DNA of 63,347 nucleotides, filler included, from Kipferlia bialata (GCA_003568945.1; 6 parts of 6 records of this genome joined end to end with filler, not necessarily neighbours in it); one strand, 5' to 3'. Positions 27,377-41,807 are shown, numbered from the whole stretch's first letter. The notes: generated by a model from the letters alone, not told the origin. Program-made: numbers and translations.

Positions 27377-30063
27377 GTTTCTTCAATTCATGGAATGACT
27401 TAGCACCCTACTATGTACCCCTTGGTGTTGTATTGGACTGTCTCCATGCCGGTACTCTCTCGATGCAGGTACAGAGAAGTCCATTTACATTTACACACTC
27501 ACACACACACACACATATGTGTATATATACATATTTATATATATATATATATGCATATGTCCACGGTCAGAGGCTCTGGACATAATCACACACACACCCC
27601 TCTTTTTCTCACTCTATTTTACCTCCCATGTCTAGTTGTCTACTGACTACTTGTGGATACACTCTTACTGGTTCCTACCCACTCATGCTAGGTGGAAGGC
27701 TTCTCTCTCCTCGACAGCTACTGCCCAGAAGGGGACCCAATGCTCTATCTCGCGGATGAGAACATCCCAGAGTCATTTGTCTCTGCTATTGGCACACGGG
27801 TCCTGTCACAGGTATATCTCTTGTCACAGAAGAATCTTCTGAGAAGATAGTCTACATAGTATTTGCAGTATACCTGGAACTACCAGTATCATTGTCAAGT
27901 AGACACTATATGTCTGATACCCCAGTTCTTGGTATCAGTATCAGTAACATCATCAGTATCTATATAATACCAGTTCTCGGGTATGCACATCAAGCACCAC
28001 GTGGCAGTATCTGTACAATCTATCATTATCAGTATCTAAATATCCCCCAGTTATACATATATCTATCTATCTGATATCAGTTCTCTGGTATGCATGTCAA
28101 GCACCACGTGGCAGCAGCCAAGAAGGAGAAGTTATTCTCTGGGCTGTCTCTGATAAAGGCATTCCACGCACTAGGAGGTATCAGTTGTATATTCTAAAAG
28201 TTTTACTCTAATGAATATCTAAAAGTCCTTCACTAAGGAGAGGTTGACTCCAGGTTTCAGCGTACTGGATAGCTCGTTTTACGTGGATCACGTCTACAGG
28301 GAGACAGGTGTGGTATCTGTCTCCATCAAAGACAGACTATACGACTCTCTACATATATAGACTCTCTCTATAATACATTATATAGTACATTATGTATATA
28401 TGTGGACCACTTCTACGAGGGGACAGGCGAGGTCTCTCTGGGTCTATGAATGGCACTCTCTCTCATATCCCAGGCTTGTCTCTGGCCACCCTTGGACCTG
28501 TCTCTCTCTCTCTCTCTCTGACTCTCTTCACACCCACTCCCCCCCATCCCAGGCCTTTCCCTTGCCACCCATGGACTTGTCTCTGTCACCCCTGGCAAGG
28601 TGGCAGACACAGTTACGATGACACAGAGGTACTATCCATGCACTATTCGGTGTACATAGACTATATGGGTATACATTATATATATACTCCAGTCTAGTAG
28701 TTAGCAGATGTGAGACACAGTCACGATGACTCAGAGGTAAACCTATAGTAGTCAAATATATATATCATATATATCATAGGCACTGTGCTCACGCATATAC
28801 ACTCTGAGTACTTAGCAGATATTGGATACAGTCAAGATGAGACCTTGAATGATACAGTAGTATCTAGTGTATATACAGCCTGACACTCTGCGGTGTCTCA
28901 ATCCTCTATTACCGTCACTCTCATCCACAAGACAACCGTACTCTCTTATACCTATACTCCACTCTAACCCAGTGGCCATGACCTGCGTTATCTCTCTCTC
29001 TCTCTCTCCTCTCTCACCCAGTGGCCATGACCTGCGTCTGTACCTCCTAGAGTGCATGCGCGTGACCCTCTCTCCCCCATCCACCCTCCTAGGTGACACA
29101 CACGGAGGGCTCCCTCCCTTCCCTGCCTCTCTTCCCGCCAGCCTCAGGCCCCAGCCTTACCAGATCCTGGCACTTGCCACCGTGTTTGGAAAGTCACCTG
29201 GGTGTATCGTGAAGGTATAGACTCTGTAGCTTACACTCTTGGAGAGAGTGTTCGATATAGTATTGTCAGTATGACAACTCTCGTGGTCGTGATATGTATA
29301 TATATATGCACTGTGTGCTCTCTGTAGTGTCCACTTTCCTCAATCTAACCAGCAGGCCCTTGGTTTCCCCAAGAGTAAGGTCGATGCCATCAAGGGCATG
29401 GCAAGGGACATGCAGAGGAGGTTCGGTAACCACAATTCATCCCACCGTTAATACTTAATACTCTCTTATACCAACCTGCTCTTGTTGAACTCATCAAGGG
29501 CATGGCAAGGGACATGCAGAGGAGGTAAATCTAGTGAACATAACTATATCCTACCCTATATACTCAATACTCTCTTATATCAACCTGCTCTTGTTGAACT
29601 GTGTGTACCCAGAGTATCTACCGAATGCAACGTTCACACAGACGAGTTACTACACCCCACTCACCCTCAAGACACATCACCCTCCTCCCGCTAGCCAGAA
29701 CGCTATACGATACAGAGGTATCCATGAGTAAAGAACCAGTAGTATTATGAATCTATACATGAGTGGTACACAGACTTATCTAGGTTCCCACCCCAGGTAG
29801 ACCCCTCTGTCTCCTCCATCCCTCATATACATATATGGTATACATATATATATGCCTGGTTGTGGTATACCCACTTAGTCTCTAGGTTCCCACCCCAGGT
29901 CGACCCCTCTGTCTCGTCCATCCCCCTCTGCATAGGAGATGATACTGTCGTGTCCCTATCGGATGTCATCCACCTTGGGTACCTAACTGCGACACTCAAG
30001 AGGTGTGTAAGGCAGGTGGAGGCGGCTAGGAAGGGGGGGCACACAAACCCATTCCACCAATAG
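27377..30063 (+). CDS. Hypothetical multi-exon protein, 5'-partial
   Basis: GC-rich AG..GT-bounded exons: FFNSWNDLAPYYVPLG.., VEGFSLLDSYCPEGDP.., FSGMHVKHH.., GHDLRLYLLECMRV.., VDPSVSSIPLCIGDD..NPFHQ*. No family recognised. Confidence 0.6.
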
Positions 30064-30307
30064 AGTCGTATTACCACACTACTTATGTTGAGAATAGCAA
30101 TATGACAGAAGAGGGAACGATTCCTTAATCCCATCTCTTCTTGAAAGGACAGCGTGCACTATGGCTGTGCCACTATTTGTGGAACTGGGTGGCACAGTAA
30201 ATATACAGTTGCGTCAATATTAGTTCAATGCTCTGTGAATAGGCGGACATGTCAGTACACAGCAGAACATATACTAAGGTTGCAGTAATCTATTTGATGT
30301 CCAGTCA

Positions 30308-33300
30308 TCACTTACTGGCCTCTGCGACCAGTGCAGCATACTGCAGAGTGTTGACTGTCTTCTGTAGATTAGACTGCATGTATATATATAAATTCTTATG
30401 GATATAGATATGTATATGCATACATTGACTGTGTTCTGTAGATCAGACAGTAGTATCTACGTATGCAAGTTTGTATCTATATACTTGTATTGACTGTGTT
30501 CTGTACCTGCAGGTGCTGGGCCGATGGGGATATGTTGGCAACCATGATGGTGCGGCTGTGCTCGGCCTGGGGTGTTAAAGAATATCAGGACACCAAATTC
30601 TGTGATTACATATCTCTCGTCCCATTGAATTGTGGGTTTCTATCTAACTATGTATATGATACCTGCAGGTGCTGTCTGAGTACCATCGTTAGTTTGCTGT
30701 TGCGGAAGGGTATGTGCTTTGCGCCGCTGCGGTTAGAGTGAGTAAGAGTGACATGGAAGAGATATATATACTGCTTTCATACTCTAATAATGTTTAGAAG
30801 CACTCAGAAGTAACACCTCATGTTCATGCCTGACACACTCCTTATGAGTGCTTACATTAACCCTTATCTACCAAATCTCATAATATATTTTGGGGCAAAA
30901 ATATATAGGTAGATTACCGCTCTATACCTGCTCATGCCCCTGACACACTCCTTGAGTGCCAGCAGTGTCTTGTTGATCTCCTGGCCCTCCCTCCTCTGCT
31001 TGGGACTGACCTAGACAGTAAGACATAGAAATACACTGCAAGCATATGAACTTCTATGATATGCACCTACTTCCAAGCGGTATCCCTGGACATATCCTGG
31101 GAATGGTGGTATATATACTATAGACATTGATATATATACATGTGTGTGTGGGTGTGTATATACAATGTACTTCATACCGGCTTCCAAGATGTGGCACCAT
31201 AGTCTGCCCCCTTATACAATAGACACAACACATGCAAATGTAGTCTATTGTATATACATATTGACACTGCCACTGCGTATTTTAATACTACATACCTGCT
31301 TACCACCTGTAGCACCGTACTCTGCCCCGTTATACTATACACACTACAGATGTGTATATAGTATACATGTATAAATATATATATTAGTCTGCATCAGACG
31401 TACATACCTGCTTCCCAGCTGTGGCCCCGTACTCTGCCCCAGCCAGGTCTACTAGCACTAGGGTACCACCTATGCAGCCACCGGAGGCACGGCACTCCTG
31501 GGGGTGGGAGAAGCATACCACTCGTATGCATTTACTATATGTGTATATCCAATATAGTCAGATATCCTGGGGTGGGAATAGTATTCATACAAATAGCGTG
31601 GACAGAGAGGGTGAATACCGTATATATACAGGATACGGCACTCCTGGGTGAGTACATCCCAAAAGTATGTCTGCAGGATACAGTATATGAACTGAGCACT
31701 AATAAGCAACACCAACCCTAGTCAGTGCCCTCTATCAATATATATCAATACAAAAATAGGAGAGCACTAGGACTTAATATATATGTATATATTGACATGA
31801 ATATGTATATGTAAAGATATATATACATGTATACCTTGGTGAGTGCCCCCTCCTGTGCCCTGAGGTCATCGAGTAGGCACTGCTCGTGGTCACGGGCCTC
31901 CTGGGGGTAAGGTGGAGGAAGGACTAGTCCCACAGGTAACTAGAGTAGTTTGTATAAGTATGCGTTACATTCTTGGATATCGAGACTCCTCCTCGGGCTT
32001 CTCAACAGGTAAGAGAACACTGAGTAGGTAATGACACTAGTATTCATATACATAACCCCCACCCTCAGCCTGTCCAGCCCGTCCCAGTCCACCCCGGACT
32101 CCTCTCTAGGCACAACCAGCAGCTGGGATAAGTCTCAGTATAAGCAGTAGATATACAATTGTCTATTGTAACAATAGATACTGAATCCTCCCTCGGCACT
32201 ACCAGCAGCTGTGATAAGTACCAAGAACAGAGTGTCAAAGCAGTTGGGATGAGCTATCAGTATCTGACCATTCTGAGTGGATTGCTGTCTCAGAGTGCCA
32301 AGTAGGTGAATAGATGACCTATGTCACCTCAGACATGTATCTGCAGTTCTCACTGATAGCTAGCCACACTCCATCTCTTCTCACCTTCCCGTGCTCATCC
32401 TTCTTGACAACCTATGTCGACTCCTACATGTAGCTGCACTAGAGGGTGCTAACCACTCCATCATTTCATATATCAGCTACATACCTTCCCGTGTTCATCC
32501 TTCTTGTACACCTTGGCCATCTCTATGCCGTTGCGGTCCTCGTACAACTTGCCTATAGGTGAGGACGGACACACACTATATTACTAGCACTCAATAGTTG
32601 TAATAAGCGAGTGATAATTAGTGACAATATATCTGCCCATACCTACTCTGGTGAGCTCCCCCTCCTGTCTAATGATGGCATCTCTGATGGATATGATGTC
32701 CCGGTTCACAATCTATGGGTCGGTATATGATTGAACCGAGTGTACATTGAGATGTTCACTGCTGACGTATTGATTTGACGTAGGACTATATACACAACAA
32801 GACGAAAGAAATACATGATAGCCACGTATACCTCGATGTAGAGCAGGGCGTGTGACCTGCTTGACTCGTCGTGTAGGGAGGAGGACCCGACCTGTCTGAC
32901 CTGCATGCCCTGGGAGACAATGGCATCCAGGCCTTGGATGAGGTATATACACTGACAGACTGAATGGTATATGTGTACTGTACTTGATAGTCTCAACTGG
33001 CACATACTCTCCTGCGTGTCTGTAACCAGTGTGTGTAGGGGATGCACAGTCGATAGACTACACATATATACTACATATACTACATGACATATAGAACATA
33101 TAGTCTCTACATCCACATACCCTCCTGTGTGTCTGTGTCTAATGCATGCAGGGGATGCACAGTCACAGCACCCCTCTCATCCTTGACAGTGCCAGCCCGG
33201 ATGTGAACCTGGGGGGTCAGAGAGTAGAGAGAGGGAGAAATAGAAACAGTAGTTGTATATCTACACACACCTTCCCGTCGCTGCCCTGTCTGACTGTGCA

Positions 33301-35074
33301 CTCTGCCCTGTGGTTCAACAGATCATAGACCTGGGGGTCAGAGGGAGATATACGTAGATATAGATTCAAATACATATATATGTAGAGAGAGAGGGGCACT
33401 CTGCCCTGTGGTTCAACAGGTCACAGACCTAGTGGGAGAGGGAGAAAGAGATACAGACAGAGCGAGACAGAAGCAGCCACGCAAAAGGCTAGCTTATCAG
33501 GGCGAACCAACGAAAGGCATATTTATCTATGAACTGAATAGACAGAGGCCCACTGATGATACCTCCGAAGAGAGACATATATGTATAGTAGTGAGTGAAT
33601 CCAATGATACCTTTCCGTTGTATATCTCGGCAAAACGGATCTGGAGCATAAGACCCGCATCCTGTGGTGAGTGCATGAATGAACGAATATATCGATATAT
33701 ATGTGTATACATGAAGTTGTGCCAGTGACAGTATGTATAGGAGTACCCTGAGGGTATCACCCAGATACTAGGCCTAGTATGCATCTACGAGTATCTCTGT
33801 GATATGTATTGAACACTGTATAATATTCTGAATACATCACCTTCTGCCTGATTGCATCACAAAGACAATATTTATATATAATGACATGTATTATATATCA
33901 CATGCATATACCACCTTCTGCCTGATCGCACAGAACCTATTGAATACACTCTATACAATATGCTACCTTAATACTATACAACATATCCTATATATGTTCT
34001 GCATATGCCTTACATACCTTCTGTCTGATTGCATCGCATAGTGCAGCTGCTGCCAGGGAGTAGAGACCGGCCTCACCCCTGTAGCCCATGATGGTGTGGG
34101 TCTTGCCAGCACCTGAATGTTAGGTCTTTAGCACATATCCCTGTATATATGGTTCATATACATCTCTTCTATATATGAATCTGAAACGGATGACTGATTT
34201 CACCGTTCTGGTGTGGGTCTTAACCTTAACAGCACCTGGAGGTGTGAGAGTATATATATGAATGTATTGTGTATGAATGCATACAGATTGCTAAGAGAGA
34301 GTGTATCAACATGCATAAGTATACTCCGTACTATACATAAGGATGGTGTGACATTGTTGTATATGACTGATACGGCGTGGGTCTTGCTTGTACATGAATC
34401 ATGTGGTCTTCTAGGCATACATATGTATATAGATGCAGGTATACTCAGCAAACATTGGAGGAACATATTAGAGAGAGAGCAAACACACACTTGTAAGACC
34501 TGCACAAGCAGGATATATATACGTATATATATATGTATGTATATGAGAGCATACATAGCATATATATATTCACTACCTGTGTGACCGTAGCAGAAGCAGC
34601 ATCCTGCCATGTATAATATACATGTGTATACATGTATATATATTCAATTGTGTATATGCACTACCTGTGTGCCCGTAGCAGAAGCAGCATGCGGTTGTGC
34701 CATTGTCCACTATACCCTGGACAAGGGGGGACACAGAGGCAGAGTAGACCTGGTGTCAGTGTATACATATATGTATATATGGTGTATATACTATATACTA
34801 TGCCCTGGACAAGGGGGGAGACAGAGGCATGGTATACCTAGTCTCAGTGTATATATATGTATATATGTAAATATGTGTGGGGTAAATACAAGGGGAGAGA
34901 CAGAGGCATCATAGACATGGTATAGGGAGACTATATTCATGTATGTTCAGAGAGAAAGGGGGGGGGGGGCAGGGGAGAGAGATACAGACGTACATCCTTG
35001 TTCATGGCTGTCTGTAGCATCACCCGTGTCATGCCCCTCATCCGCCATGTCTTGGGTCGGGTCCGGAGGGTGCC
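30308..35074 (-). CDS. Kinesin motor-domain protein (divergent family with a long insert), 5'-partial
   Basis: NKD|VYSASVSPLV, P-loop CFCYGHT|GAGKTHT, RFAEIYNGK|VYDLLN, switch I HDESSRSHALL, switch II LVLVDLAGAEYG, EINKTLLALKECV, HIPFRNSKLTMVLR, TIMVANISPS, TVNTLQYA. Stop at 30308-30310. Confidence 0.92.
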
Positions 35075-35373
35075 CTGGAGATAAGAGGATATAGGATACA
35101 CTAATACACATATAGTATATATATATGCGGAGGGTGCCCTAGATATGAGAGAGAATATGGATGTATATAGGAGAGTGTAGTGATACATGTGCCATGTATT
35201 GAGACGGGTACGGAGGGTGCCCTGGAGATAAGAGGGTATGTATATGCTTGTGTATACATTTGATACACAGATAATGACACTTGGTGCGAAGGATCCCAGA
35301 AGATCCTCGATGTATGAGGAGCAGTTGAGAGGAAGGGAGGGTGGGGGGGGGGGGGGGGGGGGGGGAGAGATAC

Positions 35374-37127
35374 CTGATGGATGTAGGTAGCACTGCGCAC
35401 TGTGTGGCATAGCCTGGGACATGCCTCAGCTCAGGGGTCAGGGGGAGGAGACCACTCTCGTCAATGTACCTGAGGTGAGAGAGGATAATACGTAGAGAGA
35501 GAGGGAGAAAGAGGGAGGAGGTGGAACTGACCTCAGGGCCCTCTGGGGGTCCTCGGGGAGAGAGATCCTGGCCCTGCACAGAGAGAGCAGGGTGTGTGTG
35601 GACGAGACATCCTGAAGGATTAGAGAGAGAGAGAGAGATACCACATATGCTGATCGACAACAAGTCAAGGGCACATAATAACACACACACACGCATATTT
35701 ATATATATATCTATATATGAATATATATGTATACACACCTGCACTTGTGCGGAGGGGTCATTGAGCAGGGCCTCCACGTGGTTGACAGAGTCAGCGTCAG
35801 TGCCCTCGATACCTGGGTATAAATAGGAGACGCTCAAACGTCTAAACGTTCAGAGGACTATAGAGAGACTATAATCTTACCTGAGAGCAGGAGTGCGTTA
35901 CCGGCTGCCAGGGCCTTCTCGTACTCTCCCCCTGCGAGATAGAGGCCTAGACCCAGGGCAGGGCGGCCACCCTCAACGGCAGCAAGGCCTGGTGTAAGCT
36001 ACTATGCTCCATATATGTATATACTACACTGCTGAAGTACAATACAATATAGAATACGCACACATAAATATATAGGGGGAGAGAGAGATACCTGCAGTAC
36101 ACAGGGCAACACGCTCTTATATACATGGAGAGAGGGATACATAGTTGGACATACCTGCGGCACACAGGGCGGCATTGGCATGGGGTCCCAGCACACGCTT
36201 GACCTATAGATGAGGGGGTATCTAGTGTGGCTAGAGAGAGACAGAGAGAATAGAGAAATACCCTGACTATAATGCTATTTGCATATTTCTACTGGGGTCC
36301 ACTCTATACATGCATTCTACTGTATGCATACCTGGTCCACAGCAGAGTGTATGAATACATAATTGTAGTGTATATAATATATACGTATACATATTGATAC
36401 ACTGTCCATACCTGGTCCACGGCAGATGTGATGTCCCCTACCCTGAGGAGCACATCGGCAGTGACGGCGGCAGTCTGAGTGTCAGGGTCATCATGTATAT
36501 ATTAGTATATATATATATATGTATGTATATATATAGAGAGAGAAGAGTACACTCAGCAGCACATCGGCAGTGACAGCGGCAGTCTGGGTATGAGCATATA
36601 GTCAATTGAATACACAAAGATACATCATGTGTATCCAGATCTATATACATACTGCTAATAAGAGTACCTCGTTGGATGTCATGCCTGCACAGAGACCCAG
36701 GGAGGCAGGGCTCCAGCCACTGGCACCACAGCACCTGGGGTGTGAGGGAGACACAAGAGATGGTATAGAATATTGAGTAGTAGCATCCACACCTAGACAC
36801 GAGTGCCCTACACTAGGAGGGGCAGACCCACTACATATATATATATATATACACTATAAACACTATATAAGTACCTTGATACAAGGGCACCGTGGTTGAG
36901 CCTGCCATCCACCAGGAGGGGCAGACCAACTATATACTATACTTACTATTTATGTACTATATAATATATATAGTCTATACACACCTTGATACAAGGGCAC
37001 CGTGGTTGAGTCTGCCGTCCACCAGCAGTGGCAGCCCAACAGTGGGGGCAGCCCTACCAACCACAAGCTCAACAGCCACACGGAGGAGACCTAGAGGTAA
37101 GTAAGTACTATATATATATATATATAC

Positions 37128-37172
<45 letters not shown>

Positions 37173-38284
37173 TGCCTAGGGGGTGAGGGGGTGACTTTGT
37201 ACATATATACACATATACTATACATATACAGGATGGCCTGGGTGTATGTACAACATGTATGTAGGACGGAGTGTGCAATGTCTCTATGTGCACTACAATC
37301 AGGGTGTCATCAATCCACAAGTCCCTACCTGCAGCACGCAGGGCAATACAGTATGTAATATATATATACATATACATTCAATACATAAGTCCCCACCTGC
37401 AGCACGCAGGGCAGCAGCAACGGCAGCGGCCTCGAACAGAAGGCCTGGTGGTGAGGAGAAGAGTGGATTGGTATATTGTATACAAGAGCACATACATCAG
37501 CACTGTATGTTGTTTATACCTGGAGCCTCTAATGCTGCCACTGCCCTCTCTGGCTGTGCTGTCACTATCAGACACAGGGACCACAGGAGACGGGCACTCC
37601 TGGGGGTAAGATATCCAAACACACATGTATATATATATATATAGATACACTCACTTGGTGTCTGCTGCGTTGAAGTGTGCCAGACCAAAGGAGTCCAGGT
37701 GGGTCTGGAGGTCGGACAGAGAGGTGCCACCTGCGGCACCAGCCTCACGAAGGTCTATGGTGAGGGGGAGAATGAGTGCACACAAACACACACACACACA
37801 CACACACACGTACACATATAACTCTCTCTATATATATCTATATATATCTATACTAATACACATCAGTACCTGTGAGCATGGCGAGGTTAGTCCACAGGAA
37901 GTCGTGGAGGGAGGGGCACACGCTGGGGATGTGGAGTCCTGGGGTAAGGGGGGAAGAGATAAGGAGAGAGAGAGAGAGAGAGAGAGAGTACTTCAGTACC
38001 TGGGTCTGCTCCGCATATGACGTTGTACAGTGACACCATGTAGGGGTCCCTGGGTGCATCAGTGATGCCGACATTGAGGGAGTACTCCTCGGTCAGCCTC
38101 TCCCTGGCACCTGGGGGTGAGTACAAGTATATATACATTCTTTGTGTGTAATCGAAAATATATAGAGAGAGAGAGAGAGTGAGAGAGAGAGAGACTCGTA
38201 CTTGATGTGAGCTGGCAGGGGTGTGCTGCATACTGCATAGAGAGAGAGAGAAAATGTATATATACATACATACATCCATACATC

Positions 38285-38315
<31 letters not shown>

Positions 38316-38776
38316 CTCACTTGATGTGAGCTGGCAAGGGTGTGCCGCATACTGCAGGGCAGCTGTGACAAAGGCATCGGACAGGAGGTACTGCCTGCGC
38401 TGCACAGCGGCGGCAAACTCCTGGTGGTGAATATATATATATACAAATATACATGAGAGGGGGGGGCTCTAAACACATTTATGCTACTTGGTACCTGGTA
38501 GGCACCTGCCCTCAGCAGCAGGTAGAGCACAGGCCAGAGGGGCACATTGCTCTCAAGGACATCGCTGGGGGTGAGGAAGGGTGGGGGGAGAGGGGGAGAG
38601 AGAGAGACAGAAACAGGGAACACTCTACATGTCTACCATTCTCAAAATACGCTATATGTACACCTGTACTGCTCTTGGTATCCCCCCACATCTCTCTCTC
38701 TATATATATATATACATCTATACCTGTACTGCTCTGGGTATCCCCCCACATCTTCCCTTGTCTGGTGCTGGAAGTA

Positions 38777-38818
<42 letters not shown>

Positions 38819-39560
38819 AATATGAACATACCTGTACTGCTCTGGGTATCCCCCTACATCAGCCCTTGTCTGGTGCTGGAAGTATCTCTCAATCTCACCC
38901 ACAAGGCCTAGGGTGAGAGGAGAGCCTCAAAGTGAAGGTATATCCAGAACTGGACAGGTATGAATCTATGTGTGTGTGTACCTGACCCAGCTCCCCCTGT
39001 CTGCACATTACGGAGTGTGGCTCTGACATGTGCTAGGAAGTGCCTCTCCAGGTATGTTCTGGCACTACAGAGGTAGGCAACCTGAATCTACGCGGTGAGG
39101 GGCATAGCGTACATAGATACACTGTCTATATACACAATATACTGACTGCATATACCTATTCATAGCAACCTGAATCTAGGCGGTTAGAGAGAGAAACACG
39201 GAGAGAGAGACATAATAATGAGGTATACACAACACACTACTGATACATACTTGCACTGTCCAGCCATACTGTATGTATATGAATGTATATCGATGCTTAC
39301 CTCTGGGCTAGGGGGCTCTTCTGACACAGCCCATCCGCTCTTCCAGCGTCCACCTCCCTCGCTGAAGGGTGAGAGGTAGATGGAAAGACTAGATCCAGCA
39401 TATACATAGACAGTACACATATAATTAATCTTACACTGTGTGTGACCTCCACCAGATTCATACAAATATAATAGTATACAGATATATACATGTATATATA
39501 TCTTACACTGTACCTGTGCATGACCTCCACCAGATCTAGTAGGTCCAGACATACACATAT
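35374..39560 (-). CDS. NUP93: Nucleoporin Nup93/Nic96 homolog, partial at both ends
   Basis: ARTYLERHF..ELGQ, PLWPVLYLLLRAG, DPYMVSLYNVICGAD, SVCPSLHDFLWTNL, SLSDLQTHLDSFGLAHFN, ALRYIDESGLLPL follow the order of conserved Nic96/Nup93 blocks. Confidence 0.8.
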
Positions 39561-39581
39561 ATATCCCCCCCTCGCCCTCTC

Positions 39582-39614
<33 letters not shown>

Positions 39615-39620
39615 TACATA

Positions 39621-39720
39621 NNNNNNNNNNNNNNNNNNNNNNNNNNNNNNNNNNNNNNNNNNNNTTAATTAATTAANNNNNNNNNNNNNNNNNNNNNNNN
39701 NNNNNNNNNNNNNNNNNNNN
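39621..39720. other. Artificial contig linker
   Basis: N-TTAATTAATTAA-N. Confidence 0.97.
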
Positions 39721-39764
<44 letters not shown>

Positions 39765-39825
39765 CATATATATACTTACCCTCCACCAGCTCTGTGAGTG
39801 TGTATCCCATCACTGTGTCTGCATA

Positions 39826-39862
<37 letters not shown>

Positions 39863-39910
39863 CTTACCCTCTACTAGTTCTGTGAGTGTGTACCCCATCA
39901 CTGTGTCTGC

Positions 39911-39952
<42 letters not shown>

Positions 39953-39965
39953 CCATATACCCTAC

Positions 39966-41807
39966 CCTCTACTAGTTCTGTGAGCGTGTACCCCATGACT
40001 GTGTCTGCATATGCCTGGGCAGCAGTGCTGGCAAAGGAAGAGTCAGAGGCGGCCTAGGTGTAAGAGTGATGCAGTAACATATATACAAGTAGAAATAGGA
40101 AGGGACAGAGAGAGAGAGAGATTGGACATAAAGGAGGACTCAGAGGCAGCCTAGATTGAGTATATGTAAATACACTCTATATTCAAAATATGTAAACTGC
40201 ATACGCGCCACATACCTGTATTTGTATTTAGGATATTCATAAATACTCTATAATCGATCCATACATGTGCGCATGGCCATGCCACTACACATATACGAAT
40301 TTGATAGTCATATACATATACATGTATATAAATGCAATATCGATATATATATCGGTATATATATATAGAAGAATATAAACTCACCTGTGCACATGGGCAT
40401 GCCACGTACTCTGCCGAGTGATACTCACAAAAATGTTACTATATATATATATATATATATATATACTTATTAATACATATAAATATGCGTGTGTATAACA
40501 CATACATACCTGTGCACATGGACATGCCACGTGCCGAGTCATACCCATGTGTGCATATATATACATACATTTACTATACATACACAAGTATATGTGTGTA
40601 TAACACATAATCACCTGCGCACATGGGCATGCCACGTACTCTGCCGAGTGACAGTCAGAGTGCAGGGAGCACTGGATGTCCTGGGGTGAGACGTAGTATA
40701 CATAATACACAAAAGAGGTAGTCTAATAAATACTTAAATATGAACAGATACATATAGTGTATGTATTTATGTATTGTATACTGGTGACAGTCAGAGTGCA
40801 GGGAGCACTGGATGTCCTATGGTGAAAACACCATACAGACATATATATATATATATGTGTACATAGTATGTGTGTAGAATAGTATATATAATAGTATACA
40901 GGTGACAGGGTCAGAGTGCAGGGAGCACTGGATGTCCTAGGGTGTATGGAGTACTAAATACACANNNNNNNNNNNNNNNNNNNNNNNNNNNNNNNNNNNN
41001 NNNNNNNNNNNNNNNNNNNNNNNNNNNNNNNNNNNNNNNNNNNNNNNNNNNNNNNNNNNNNNNNNNNNNNNNNNNNNNNNNNNNNNNNNNNNNNNNNNNN
41101 NNNNNNNNNNNNNNNNNNNNNNNNNNNNNNNNNNNNNNNNNNNNNNNNNNNNNNNNNNNNNNNNNNNNNNNNNNNNNNNNNNNNNNNNNNNNNNNNNNNN
41201 NNNNNNNNNNNNNNNNNNNNNNNNNNNNNNNNNNNNNNNNNNNNNNNNNNNNNNNNNNNNNNNNNNNNNNNNNNNNNNNNNNNNNNNNNNNNNNNNNNNN
41301 NNNNNNNNNNNNNNNNNNNNNNNNNNNNNNNNNNNNNNNNNNNNNNNNNNNNNNNNNNNNNNNNNNNNNNNNNNNNNNNNNNNNNNNNNNNNNNNNNNNN
41401 NNNNNNNNNNNNNNNNNNNNNNNNNNNNNNNNNNNNNNNNNNNNNNNNNNNNNNNNNNNNNNNNNNNNNNNNNNNNNNNNNNNNNNNNNNNNNNNNNNNN
41501 NNNNNNNNNNNNNNNNNNNNNNNNNNNNNNNNNNNNNNNNNNNNNNNNNNNNNNNNNNNNNNNNNNNNNNNNNNNNNNNNNNNNNNNNNNNNNNNNNNNN
41601 NNNNNNNNNNNNNNNNNNNNNNNNNNNNNNNNNNNNNNNNNNNNNNATATATACATAGTACCTGCATGTACCCGACCCCATCCTCTAGGTATGCACTGAC
41701 TGTATATAGACACATACACACATATACATATAGTAATATGTATATATATATTTACATATAGGCATGTACCTGCATGTACCCGACCCCATCCTCTAGGTAT
41801 GCACTGA

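Noticed and set aside
39560..39966. Cys-rich gene and Nup93 as one minus-strand gene
   Set aside because: Separated by an artificial linker and the protein families are unrelated.
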